A DNA stretch of 64,000 bases from Curvularia clavata (lineage: Eukaryota). Below the pieces are notes generated by a model that saw only the letters and a list, made by a program, of their open reading frames with translations, was not told where the DNA came from and made no database searches. Where the stretch lies: the NCBI GenBank assembly GCA_023920165.1, contig CP089274.1, positions 1,054,001 to 1,118,000 of the forward strand. The letters run 5' to 3'. Below, one piece after another: positions 12,332 to 24,916 of this stretch (position 1 is the stretch's first letter; each line of letters begins with the position of its first letter). The translations under genes and the position numbers were made by a program.

Positions 12332-13332
12332 ATGCCACAAAATATCGATTTAGAGCCCGGAGACCTACGCAACCGCGACGGATACCCCACACTAGCTAGA
12401 TGGATAGCACGTGATCCTGATGGGGAAACGTTCGTCTTTCGCAAGTTTGATCAGCTAGCGGCGAGATATGCGCTCCATTTACAGGCCCGAATAACATCTC
12501 TGGAAGCCGAAATCGAGGGGCAAGATAGAATTGCCAGAAACCATGCAGAATACGAAGTGCGACAGGGATCGAAAAGCTGGGAGATGCTTAGTGAACGTGC
12601 CAAAGCAGTGGACAGCTTTGAGGAAAAACGAGTCAATAGCATCGAAGAAATGGGGGAGCTTGTTCAGAAGTACTGTAAGTGACCATTTGACGTTTATTTG
12701 ATCCACCTTCGAGCTGATTCAAAACAGATGATTTTTTAAATGCGCGGTCGCAGATTGCGGAAAAGCGTCAGCCTTGCGATCGTTCCATGTCCGCTCTGCG
12801 CGAATTTGTCAATGGGACAGCAGTTAAGAATGATGAAGGAGTTCCTGTTTCTCTCATCAAGGGACGTGCCCAGGGATATCTAGATCATAAATCTGACCTA
12901 ATCACGCTTGCTCGCCCGATCGAGGAGGATTATCTATCCCGTTTTCTTCAGGATCATTGGATATTCAGGAGCCGTAACACATCTGAAATATACGACCGTA
13001 CCACAGTATACAAAAACTTACATATTACCCGCACTGTCGCCGGCATCGACCTTCTTCTCGCTGCGATTCTTTTAATAGGGGCGATTGCAAACTTGTACTT
13101 GGTGCCAAATGCAAAAGCTAAGCTAGGCCTAGTAGCCATGTATACTATTCTATTTGCATCAAGCGTTGCTCTTTGTACAAATGCAAGGCGAACGGAGATT
13201 TTTGCTGCGACTGCAGCATATGCGGCAGTTCTAGTTGTCTTTGTTAGCGGCGATCTAGGCGGTACACAAAGCCAACAGTGTTTGATACAACTTGAAGGGG
13301 CGATTTGGAAGACAGTAGCATGCCCTGGCTAG
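12332..13332 (+). CDS. DUF6594-like protein with three C-terminal TM helices
   Basis: GYPTLARWIARDPDGETFVFRKFDQLAARYALHLQARITSLE N-terminal signature. Intron 12675-12727 (GTAAGT...GCTGAT...ACAG) joins in frame. C-terminal IFAATAAYAAVLVVFVS signature. Confidence 0.85.
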
Positions 13333-15788
13333 ATTTGAATTATTATTTCTTGACCCAGGCTATTCACTTGACTTCATTCTGGACCAGTTCTGCCTCCAGG
13401 CCAATTTTCCTGTTGCAAACTTTGCACTACGCGTTTTCAGGAATTTCTCAATCGCAATCGTGATCTGTTCATGGATTTAGTCAAGATGAACTATTTTGAG
13501 CTTTGTATTCGAAAGCTGTGGAATATTTTTCACCTTGGCGCTCCAATAAGGTATCAAGTTGAAGCTACCAGTCATAGCTAGAGCCAATGCCATGTTTTGT
13601 TAAGCCATCAGTGGACTGCCCAAGGGCTATGACATTGCAACCAAGGGCCTCTTTCAATCTCGTCTGTCTGTTGCTCAGAGTATGCCCAAGAAACCAGGCA
13701 TATATTGATGATCGCGATTGAATAGTAACACGCCTAACTAACGTCCCAAATCTCATGCGTGAGCTCCAACTCCCACGCACGTAATCGCAGTATCAAAGAA
13801 TAGGGGAAGAGATGCTGATGAACATATTTTCAGATGCTAGGGTATAAATAGCACTTTCCCCTAACAACGCAGTGCGTAGGGAACGTTGATAGGAGTGAGC
13901 AATCAGCATGTAAATGCAGTCAAATTCTGATTTTGTGTTTTGCATAAAACAATCTTCTTCGAGGAAGAATTGCGGGGTCGGATTTGTTGGGCCTTGATCT
14001 GGATGGGCTGGTGGCTGCTTCGTGGCTACCTACGCATAACTTTGTCAGAACTGCTACCTGGCCAACGCTGAAAGCTCGATAGTACAAGCGTCACTTGATC
14101 GCCCCGTCCACAATCAATGAAAATCCTCGTTGAGAAGCTGACGTAGTCTTGCACGCTGAGTTTAGCCCTTCTGAAAAGAGACTGGTTTTCATAATGTAGT
14201 GGGGTGTACACGTACTTTGGTCAGGAACCCTGCCCGTTTCGTCGTATGTGATGAGGCTGTGGATGTGATAACCTGCAGTAGTCGGTGCAGCCCCAACCCA
14301 GCCCCTGCGCACTACTGGGTACCCTGGACCCCATGCTTTCACTTGAAGGGGGCTCAGTCAGGCACATCTTGCCCATTGGCTGTATGTACTTGCTCTTCAA
14401 TTTCTTCCCCGACAACGACAAAATACTGGACCGACTAGGCCCCCACATGCAAGTCTCGATTTCATAGCGCCAATCTTGTTTTATTTACCAGCGATACACA
14501 TAGAACCGAGACTCGTGAGATGTCGTACAAAAGCTGAATAGTGTGAGGGCAAAGATGTGTCGGCTGGAGTCTTGTATATTTCTTTTTTCCGACATGATAA
14601 CGCTAATAAGAAGCGGAAACGGCTACTGCAAAAGGCATGATAGTGAGGCGATGGCGAGCCAGTTGGACAGATGTCATGGCACTATGATGCGTAGGATCGG
14701 AAGCTCTAGGCATCGCTTTCCAACCAATCTGCTTGCGTAGCTTGGTAGCGAACTTGACGGCACGTGGAGCTGATGGCTGGTGGCAATCCAGGTCCCTGGC
14801 TCCCGTATAGGGTAGGTACGGAGCGTGGTGGTGCACAGATCAGCAGCTGCGTCGCGTGCTTCTGACAGCCCCTACCCGCTGTTCGCAGGATCATCAAACT
14901 TCAGCTACTAACAGGTGGTGTGGGGAAGCCTTTTTGCATCAGCTTCCAGGCACGCAAAGCCTAGGTCATCGCTCGGTAATCGTATCACAAGTTTCGTTCT
15001 TTAGGTCAAGTGTCACAGAATTTCTCCTACATATAAGCATCGAAGATTACATTTGGAGGGAGAAAACAGGGAAGAACGATGCTACTACCGCCGACAACCC
15101 TATCAGTACAGAACATCATGCAATTATTTCCAGTTGTGTAAGATTAATTGTGCAATTCCTGCCCTTCATGGTGGCCACCCTGCGCCGATCGGATCGTATC
15201 CTAGGCTAGGCCTGTACATAGCGGAGAGCTAACATAAATTGAGTTTGCGACGTCCCGGGTTTCGCGAACATCGTAACTCGGGCAAACCACTCATCGTGCT
15301 GTTTAGCAGAGATATCCCCACACTTCACTTTGCTTCTCCGAGGATACCATCCACAGGCTCGCAAAACAAACCCAGACCCTGAAGGTAAGACGACAAAGAC
15401 ACGAATCATATCTATCAGGGGAAGAGCTGCAAAGCAAGGATGCTACATGGGATAGCAGATCGAGTCGTCATTCCAGCTTTGTGCGGCAATACGATAGCAT
15501 AGATCGATAGTGCGGCGCAGGGGTGGAGAGAATGGATGGCCGCTCGCTTGCGGGTAGCCTTCCGGCGCCACGAGGGGCAGTTCCGTCCCGTCGATGAAGG
15601 AGACTAGCGAGACTGTCATCCGCTCGCAAACTTTATGGTGGGCAGGTCTGGAGGGCCTGAGGTTGCCACACGAATTGATCTCCGCTCATCCGTCTGTGTG
15701 GGCAGTTTTCTATATTATGTAGCGCCGCTAGGGTTCTCTAGTAGCCGACATTGTCCTCTACACCACGATATTTACCATCTGCGACATC

Positions 15789-17047
15789 ATGGGACTTCCA
15801 CTTCCTCAGAAATTGAGAATACCGTGTGCCCTGTTGGGTGCATTGAGCATCATCACTTTCGCCCTACGCTGTTTCGTTCGCATACGCATCGTCAAGGCCT
15901 GGGGGCATGATGATTCATTCATCGCTCTTGCATTCGTATGTCCTTGCAGCCGAGATCCACATGTTTTTACCTTGCTTACAACCTCCTAGATAATCCACAT
16001 GTGGTACACTGGAACACTCTTGACAGGGATCCATTATGGAACTGGCCGACGGACCTCAGAAATATCGATTGAAGACTCGGTACATGCCATGCGTGTAAGT
16101 CGGAGTTGATCCTCAAAATGTCTTCTGGTCTGACTTTTCCTCAAGTGCTGGTGGCTGTGCTTCCTTGCATACGCATGCTCAATCACCTTGGCCAAAATAT
16201 CCGCGGGCTTTTTCTTCTTGAGGATCGCAGATATTAAACCTCTCTTTCGCATCACTACCTACATCATCACGGTACTTGCAGCCGTCGTGGGTTTCGGCTT
16301 CTTTTTTCTCAGCGTTTTCCAATGCCTTCCGGTCGCTTTCTTCTGGACACGATTACAAGGCGATACAAATGGCCGGTGTCTTGACATTGAGATCATGGTG
16401 AACGCTACATACTTCTACGGAGCGGTGACTGCAGGAACTGATATAGCCTGGGGAGTCCTAGTTGGCGGACTCATCTGGAAACTACAAGTCGACCGCCGCA
16501 CGAAGATTTTGACAGCACCCTTCTTGGTTCTGGCATGCATGTAAGTGTAACACCTCTTGTCAATCTAGACATGCTAACAAAATATAGTGCAAGCTATGCT
16601 GCACTTGTACGAATGCCGTATGTGGAGACATTCAAAGATCCAGACTTTCTATGTAAGCCGCACATATCGAGGATATACTCCGTTCACTTTTAACATGTCG
16701 GCCTAGATGCGACTGTGGACATATCTCTCTGGTCCACTGTTGAAGTCGGTGTTTCCGTGGTTGCCGCCAATCTCGCGACCGTCCGTCCACTATTTCATCA
16801 CTTCGCACACCGGGGTGAATCTTGGGCATCGCGACAAAACAGGCCGGTAGTTGCCGTCATAGATGATATTCCAGACTTTCAAGAGCTCAAGACCATCAAA
16901 GGGTCTGCGAAGAGTCAAGACAGTATAATAAGATCAACCGATCAAGAAAGCACGCAAGATGGGAGAAACGCTGCCAAAACCCCTTCTGTTTGGATAAAAT
17001 GGATACGCAAAGACAGTAGCTCTTCAGTGGATACTCATGTTCCATAA
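15789..17047 (+). CDS. PTH11-like (fungal rhodopsin-domain) integral membrane protein, no CFEM domain
   Basis: Multi-exon gene with motifs ALRCFVRIRIVKAWGHDD, AKISAGFFFLRI, FQCLPVAFFW, TDI, and WSTVEVGVSVVAANL. Confidence 0.85.
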
Positions 17048-18788
17048 GGGTACATTCCTAAGAGATAGTTATATTCAAACTAGGGTCTTCGTCAACGACT
17101 CTCATTTGAAACGGCATGACATGAGGACGTTAGTTCCTGGCATTTCCTTCTTGTTCTTTATAGCTATGATTGTAGTTTCTCAGTCAATATCGGAATCTAT
17201 ACTTGGTTCTTTGCCTTTGACGTACGCATATCCGTCAAATCTTTTCGCGCAAATGCTTTGGCACACAATCTCACAACTACGAGGTTCATGAATCATATCA
17301 CCTTGCCCTTCGCTCTCGTATATGCTTATCACTCAAGGCTTCAACCCATGAATTTCTTTCAGCAGATCTGGTAGTACTGCGGAGAGTCCGATATTCGAAG
17401 AAAATGAAACAGCAGTCACTCATACCGGTCTAGATACTTTCTAAACTGAAAGATAGAGAACCACACCAGAACCCTGTTGCCACAGTGAATATCACATGAT
17501 GGAGTATATAAGGATAAGCAGGAGGAACTGCCATAAAATCGTCAAAAAAATTCTCTTTGGTCCTAGCGACAAGCTTGTGACGTTTCATTCCAAGATTTTA
17601 TGCTGAGAGCTTCATGATACATGTCTGCTTTTTGAAGTGGCGATTGGCTACTTCTAAGCGAATCTTAAGGGCTAGTAATTTGGCCCCATTAGTGTAAAAA
17701 AGCAATATAGGCTACCACTGTACAGCAAAAGTTAGCGCAGCGCTTTGAGGGCAGCATCCGATGCGCGTGAAGAGGCTGCGGGCAAACAGCCTAGATTGAG
17801 CTTCGGGCGATTAGGCAATTACTTGGCTATAAGGCCCAGAACATAATCGTTTGTAGCTGCTACAGATATTCAGTCTGGATCCAATATTTGAACCGAGTTT
17901 CGAAGAAGACGGTGTGGAATGTTGTTACTTATTAGTGGGCTGCTGATGTCGGGTAGCTGTATTCACTATGTGTTATGATGAGGCGAGGCGAGGCGAAGCG
18001 AAGCGAAGATTCTAGATTCAGCCTCCAGAAGTAAGGATTAGATTGGATGATACTGGGGTTGTTGGTTTCCTAGAAACGTGGCACAATGTGAGAATGAAGA
18101 CCCAAAGACAAGGACCCTTCTTGCTTACCTTTTAGTGTATGGAAGCTGAATCGCTTGCTTTCAGGGCTCACAATAACGTAGCAATGACAATCATTTTACA
18201 TTGAATTGAATTATCGTAGTCCAGCGTGCATTGTGTATCGAAATGAAAGGGTGCAGTTTCACAAAGCGAAGCGATCGCCTACATCTCTTACGAACATGTA
18301 GGACGCGAGCAGGTAGATCAATCTAGTCATCCTTGTACTGACGAGCATCTTCAAATTTTTCAACTAGATTCAGACGAAACTGCTGACGCTTCTCAAGGGT
18401 CAATCCTTCGTTGGCAATATACTGCTCACAGATTCCATACGGGTTGTACAAGATTCGGTTAGAACTCTAAAAGGAAATTCGTACTAAACGCAATGAATTG
18501 GTTAGAATCCGCAGGGAAATCGTCTTAATAAATTCACAGCTTTCACGTTGCATTAATTGGGAGGATGCAAGCCTCGACGCTCATTTGAGACGAAGACTAT
18601 CAAGGCGCACAATTCCCCCAATGCTAATAATGTAGGATTGCTATGGGGAAAAGCACTGGCCCTTACTCAGATACGAACAATAGCCAATGGTTATGATGAG
18701 TGGAGCGAAAATACGAAGTGTTGATCTCCTAGTGCAACGCCAATAATGACAATAGCCTCGTCACACTAAGAGACAGCTACTACCTTCC

Positions 18789-20714
18789 CTATCCCTTGCG
18801 CTTGGAAGATCCACTTTTGATCTCATCATCGGCATCCTGTGGAAATTGAACGCCCATCGCCCTCATCATATTTCCAGCCGGTCCAGCCAATCCAGCTTCA
18901 CCCTTGAAAGCCTTCAACATGTTGTCTGCAAGGTTGTAATCCTCATCCAGCAAATCTTCATCTTCATCATCGTCTTCGTCCTCCTCTTCCGCGTCCGCAA
19001 TTTCTGGGAGCTTCGCTTTGCCTTTGCCCTTGCCAGTCAGTGAAAGAGCTGAGCCTGGCTTGTTATCCGACTTCGGGTTGATGTTCAAAGCGCCATGGCT
19101 GAACAGTTCGGCCTCCATCATTTCGCTCAATTTCTGAATTTCTTCGTCTTCCTCCTTCTCGGCGTCTTGTTCGCGTGCCAGAGCCCGTGCTTCATCAGTA
19201 AGAATGGCTTTCTCCGCTGCCGATAGTGTCATGAACTTTTCATAGGACTGCTCATACTCCGCAAATTCGGCATCAGCTGCGGCATCATCTTCGTCATCTG
19301 TGTCGTCCCCTTGGTCTTCACTGGGCCTTGCCTTGGACTTTCCTTTGCCCTTGCTCTCGACAGTCGAATCGCTATCCTCAGGGTCATCCCACCCCCTGCC
19401 TCCAGCATCTGAGTCATTGTCCTTGTCCATGGGGTCAAACCCTCCGTCTGCCCCTTCCGCACCCGCTTCGTTATCAGCCAGAAAATCGTTGAACCGAGCA
19501 ACCATCTTTTTGAGATTCTCTTGCGCATTCTTGTCGCCAAACCCGTCATTTGTATTGCTTCCTTTACCTTCTAGTTCTTTCTCGAACTCAGCGAAATCGA
19601 TATTCAGCCAACCTTCATCATCATCGCGTTTCGGCCAGTTAGCGATCTCAGCATCCGTTGGAAGGGAATCGTCGCCATTTTCAAGGTCCTCGAGTAAAAG
19701 AGCGATTTCTCGTGTAGACTTCCAGGAGGCATAAATAGAATGCGAAAGCAACATTTGCATCCCGGCTGTAATCTTGATACCTATCTCAGCCTTCTCAGTC
19801 GGTTTTCCTGATTTCACGAGCTGTTCTAATGCAGTATCCCATGGCGGAGGTGCCTCCCAGTGTTGCCCAAGAAGCTGGGCATAGAGAACTTTTGTAAAAC
19901 GCACGCTGACGTCGACAAAGTCTTCTGGCGGAAAAACAAGAGGAATTTTCGATTTGCTTGGCTGAGCAAGGCGTATGGAGATAGGATCGCGTAGGTAGAA
20001 CGCCTCGACCACTGGAGCGATGTATGACGGGTTGAAGTGCAGGATATGGGCAACCTTTCTGGGGAGTGGTACTGTTGCATGATGCTGGTTGTCTGAAATA
20101 GCAGCTGGGTAACTATTCAACCGATGGAATGCTTCTTTCTCAACCTTAATATACTGCTGTGGTCGTCCTGGGGTGTCATGAATGATCTGCATGGCTTGCT
20201 TCTGGGAGAGTGGGGCAGGGTCCTCCTCTTTGCCCAAGGGAATAATAAGAAGTCGGTGGCTGTTTATCCAGACTCTGTTTTCTGCGACTTCCGGAGTAAG
20301 CCATTTTGGAAGTGCATTCGCTGCTTCGATGAGAAGAAATTCCCCGTCGCTGTCGTAAATGCGTATCCAAGCATCCTTAAATTCTTTGCTTAGTTCGCGC
20401 AAAAGGTAAACGATCAGCCATTCATCTGCGACACTGTCTCCGTAGTTGGTTTGACCCCGGAGTAACCATTGTTGTTCTTCGCGAATCAGTTCGAGTTTTA
20501 ACGAATCGCGCTGCCAAATGTACTCCTTCAAGAATTTCTTTTCCAGTGTGTTGAGTGCGCGTTGAAAAGCCTGTAGTCGTTCTCTTGTTTGTATGTCCGA
20601 AAGTCTAGTGTCTATGATGAAAACCATGTATTCTACCACGTCGTCGGGCAGCTTCTTCGGAAATCCATCGAATCCTTCACCAAACCACTTGAGATCGTCC
20701 TGTTGGCCTTCCAT
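18789..20714 (-). CDS. SGT1/ecdysoneless (ECD)-family protein
   Basis: EYIWQRD, TNYGDSVADEWLIVYLLRELS, DSDGEFLLIEAA, NRVWI, AFYLRDP, FTKVLYAQL, and C-terminal GLAGPAGNMM. First ATG at 20714. Confidence 0.9.
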   Translation of the reverse strand: MEGQQDDLKWFGEGFDGFPKKLPDDVVEYMVFIIDTRLSDIQTRERLQAFQRALNTLEKKFLKEYIWQRDSLKLELIREEQQWLLRGQTNYGDSVADEWLIVYLLRELSKEFKDAWIRIYDSDGEFLLIEAANALPKWLTPEVAENRVWINSHRLLIIPLGKEEDPAPLSQKQAMQIIHDTPGRPQQYIKVEKEAFHRLNSYPAAISDNQHHATVPLPRKVAHILHFNPSYIAPVVEAFYLRDPISIRLAQPSKSKIPLVFPPEDFVDVSVRFTKVLYAQLLGQHWEAPPPWDTALEQLVKSGKPTEKAEIGIKITAGMQMLLSHSIYASWKSTREIALLLEDLENGDDSLPTDAEIANWPKRDDDEGWLNIDFAEFEKELEGKGSNTNDGFGDKNAQENLKKMVARFNDFLADNEAGAEGADGGFDPMDKDNDSDAGGRGWDDPEDSDSTVESKGKGKSKARPSEDQGDDTDDEDDAAADAEFAEYEQSYEKFMTLSAAEKAILTDEARALAREQDAEKEEDEEIQKLSEMMEAELFSHGALNINPKSDNKPGSALSLTGKGKGKAKLPEIADAEEEDEDDDEDEDLLDEDYNLADNMLKAFKGEAGLAGPAGNMMRAMGVQFPQDADDEIKSGSSKRKG

Positions 20715-21100
20715 GTTTCCCGGCTGCTGATCGTTATCGTTCTCCCAACGTGACACTTGTAGGAAATAAATTATGAAGGTGGCAAATGTGTATATTCACC
20801 TCATGCTTCTTCGCCACTGACGATGCGCAAACCTCGATGACGCATCCGAGACGGATTCAAGGTGGGGATTTCGATGGAGGCTGCAAAGTCGGAACACGTG
20901 ACTGAACGCGGCGCGCTTTTTGGATCTTGACTCATTCGGCTAGCGGCTACCAGCATCCCTGCAGGGTCCGAGCGCCCCAAACAAACAACATCCAAAGTAT
21001 CCCGAAGAGGCACACGGAAGTCGACACTACTGGAGGTGCGCGTCACGAAAGACCTGCCATTCCTTTCACACATGCGGCAATAGAGAATATACTTACAAAG

Positions 21101-24100
21101 ATGGCGCACCTACTCAACACGCCTCGCACAGAGGTCGGCGACATAACGCGCATCAACGAGCCCGACTTCAGCATCGAAGAGACGTTCCATGCGCCAACAG
21201 ACCGCGACAACCTCTTCAAGCAAATGGGAGGCACTCGCACACCACGAGCACAGCTGACTGCTCGACGAAACCTCAGTGGGAAGAACGAGTTTACCCCCAT
21301 GCTTAAGAGTGCGACCGCGAATCGGACACGCCAGGTCAACGGCCTCCTCGACGGGAGGATCACAACACCCATAGCCATGAAGCCCGGTTTCCAAGTCAGC
21401 AACACGCCACTACCTGAAGCAAGCATGTACGATGTACAGTCAAGTTCCTATGCCGATTCGGTCGACGAGCGCACAGAGGTGCCCGATCCCAACTCTAGTA
21501 CTATGAGCACACCCATGGCACTGCCGCGGAGAGCAGAGGGCGAGATGGACAGCGGAAATGGCAATGTGCTCACACTGAGAGAACAGGAAGATGTACGTAT
21601 ACACCGGTGCACTTGATAGTTTGTTAAACAAACCCGTCATCTCAACCTTGCTGACACTACATGCAGCGTCTAGCGCAGATTGACAAAGAAAACTTTGGAC
21701 TTAAGCTCAAGATTCATTTCCTCGAAGAGAACCTCAAAAAGATGGGACCAGAATTCAACCGAGAAGCCATGGAAGAGAACATAAACCTCAAATCGGAGAA
21801 GGTTGCAATGTCACGCGACATTAAGAATTACTCCAGGGACCTCAAAGCCGCCGAACAGGAGCTGGACCATTACAAGCAGCAATTGCGAGAGTATGCAGAG
21901 AAAGTCAAGCGGCGGCATGCAGATGAAGGAATGCGCGAAGAAATGGACGAGCTTAGGCGGCTAGCTGACGAGCGCGCTGCCGAAATTGAGCGGCTCGAGG
22001 AGAAGTTGGACGAGGCAAAAAATACGGAAGAAGAGCTGGACAAGGCCAATGCGGATTTAGAGACTGCACAAGCAGAAATTCAGAGAAGAGATCAGATGTT
22101 GGACGAGAATGAGGAGCAGATTAAAGACCTGGAAGAAGAGCTGGAGAGAGCGCGGGAATCACAGTCTTCTGGCGACAATGAAAAAGATCGACAGCTCAAG
22201 GAACAAGCCCAGCGCATCGCCAAACTTGAAGACGAACTGCGGTCTGTCAAGGAATCGCAAGAAGATGTCACTTCCGAAAAGGACCGCCAACTTGTTAAGC
22301 AAAACGAGAAGATCGAGGACCTTGAGGAACAGCTCCGCTCTATTGAACGCGAAAAGGATGCCGAAATTAATACCCTGCAATCAAAGCTAGACTCTGCAGC
22401 AGATGGAAGGCAACAAGAGATTCATGAGCTGGAGCAACATATTGCTGAATTGGAAAGTGAGCTCGATGAAGCAGATGAACAAAAACAGCGAGAGCTTGAC
22501 GAAGCCAATGAGCAGAACCAACGACAAATCGCCGTGCTAGAGGAACGCCTACGGTCGGTCGAGCGTGAGAAGGATACCGAGCTTCGCGAATTGCAGAGAC
22601 GCCTTCAGACTGTTCAAAACCAAACGCAGACAGAAATGGAAGCGCTGCGCGAACGTTTGGAGCTTGCCGAGTCTCAGGGTGACAACCAAGTCCAGCTTGC
22701 CCAACAATCTGCAAACGACGCCCGACAGAAGGTCGTAGAAATCGTCCGCGAGAAAGGCATCGAGATCGAGTTATTGCAGTCGCGAGTTGACGCTGCAGAA
22801 TCTAGAGCCGACGAGCTCGAAGATTTCCGTAAAAAGCACCAAGAAGCGATGCAGCAAATTATTCGCTTGCAGCAAGATGCATCAGCCTATGAACAACAAC
22901 TTCAGCAGCTAAGGCGTGACCTCACTCAGAAGGACTGCGATTTGGGTGGGCTGGAGCGACTACGCAGAGAACGTGACGATGCGACACAGGAACTCACTGG
23001 TCTTCGCGCGAATCTTAGCAGCAAGGATGCTCAAGTGCTGGCGCTGAACAACGCAAAACAAGAATGTGATTCTCTCTCCCGCGAACTAGTCAAAGTTCGT
23101 CGTGAGCGCGACAACCTGAGCTCTAAGATGTCCAGCAAGGACGAGCAAGTGGAGGTATTGCGCAGAGGTAACAATGACCGCGATACATTGGTTGCAACAC
23201 TTCGCAAGGAACGCAACGACATGGAAAATGAGTTGCACAACCTCCGTTCTGCCGTATTAGGTAAAGACACACAGATAGAGGCTCTTCAAAAAGTTACACG
23301 GGAACGGGACGCACTTTCTCGGGACTTGTCTAATGTTCAGTCAACACTACAAGCTCGTGACCGTGAGATGGCCACGCTACAACGGAAGATCGAGGCACAG
23401 GAAGCGATGCTTCAAGATCTCGGACAGCTCAAGAGCGACCTAGGCGACCGGACGAGGGAACTGGAAACAGCACGACGAACGATATTCGATCGAGAAGCCG
23501 AGCTCGATGCCTTACGAAGCCACGCCGACGAGCCTGATACACAGATTGATGTCATGCAGGACATAGTCCGTAAGAGGGATAACGAACTGGAGGACCTTCG
23601 TGAACAGATGGATTCACAGCGAAGTCAAATTGAGGGTCTCCAGCGCCTAGCAGAGGAGCGTCTAGGGGCACTAGAAGAGCTCCGAGATATTACAAATCGC
23701 GAAAAGGAAGATTATGAGGAGGAAATAGCTGTACTCCAAGATGACGCCGATGAGGTCGCTGAAGAAAAGGCCGCGCTTGAAGAGAAAATTGGCGTTCTGG
23801 AATCAATGCTCCGTGAAAAGGAGAGTCAAAACAACAACCTGCAATCCGAATCGCGAGCAGTCCAACGCGAGCAAAAGCTCGAGCTAGAGGACAAGATACG
23901 CGATCTAGAATCGAGGATCCGCGAGAAGGATAGCCAACATCGCAAGCTTCTCTCCGAAGCCAAGTCAATTGCGCGCGACCAGCAGTCCTCGCTTGAGCGT
24001 CAGCTGAAAGATCTCCAGTCCCAACTTCGGGAGAAGGAATCACAACTTCGTCTCCTTCAAGCATCATCAAGAGCGATACAGCAAAAGGCAAACCAGGATG

Positions 24101-24615
24101 CGGTCGACCTTGATGAGCAAGCCGAAGCTCTCACAAAACGCCACATCAAAGAGATCAACGGCCTGGCCAAGCAAATTCAGTTCCTTCGAGCCCGATGCTC
24201 ACGTGCAGAAGCGTTCCGTGAGGCACTCGGTTATCAAAAGAGGTTCTTCTTGATGCAGATCTCTACATACAATGAATGGTAAGTTCATATAGTTCTCTTC
24301 TGTCCATCTAGACATACATGACTAATTCGTTGCAGTAACCAACAAGATCTAAACCTCATCTCGCAGATGGGAATCACGCCTGACATTACCATCCATGAGC
24401 GCCGACCTACGCTCAAATCCGCGGCTCTCGCCGTGGTGGCTGCGCTGCGTATGCAAAAGTTTGCGGATGACTGGGCGCAGAATAGGAAAATCCATGAGCA
24501 GCTGAAGGCCAAGTTGGAGGGCATGAAGAGGAATAACCGAAGGGGTGTCGGTATGAGTATCGCTCATAGTGCAAAGAAGAGCACTGGAAGTTCGCACTTG
24601 AGAATTGCGAGATAG
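21101..24615 (+). CDS. pcp1: Spindle pole body pericentrin-like protein (Pcp1/PcpA)
   Basis: CM1 motif TLREQED|RLAQIDKENFGLKLKIHFLEE across intron 21593-21666, a long coiled coil, and a C-terminal PACT domain (FREALGYQKRFF...RPTLKSAALAVVAALRM) across a second intron near 24279-24335. Confidence 0.88.
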
Positions 24616-24916
24616 AATTTGCAATATCCGTAAAGCAACTAGGGTCTGAGATTAGAAAGGTGTTTTGGTGTAAAGCAGAGAAAGGAAACTCGGTACAGAC
24701 GGTATGGTGTAGCCTGTCACAGGCTGATCTTTGTATTCTTTCATTGGGGGCGTTGTTAGGATGTCTTGGAGTTCTACTGTGGCACAGAATGAAGTTATGA
24801 TATGCGCAACTCCTAGTTGGATTGCTATGGTTGTTCTAAACTGCAGTTATTGTAAAACTGGGTATCGCGTTCGCTACTCTAATCCCAACACATAACTCCA
24901 ATAGACATTAAAGTCG

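Noticed and set aside
13400..15700. Short ORFs in long intergenic regions (also 8100-9000, 26400-28400, 30000-31900)
   Set aside because: No recognisable domains or consistent splice models were found; decayed genes cannot be excluded.
17979..18007. (GAGGC)3(GAAGC)2 pentamer run
   Set aside because: It is an ordinary short microsatellite.
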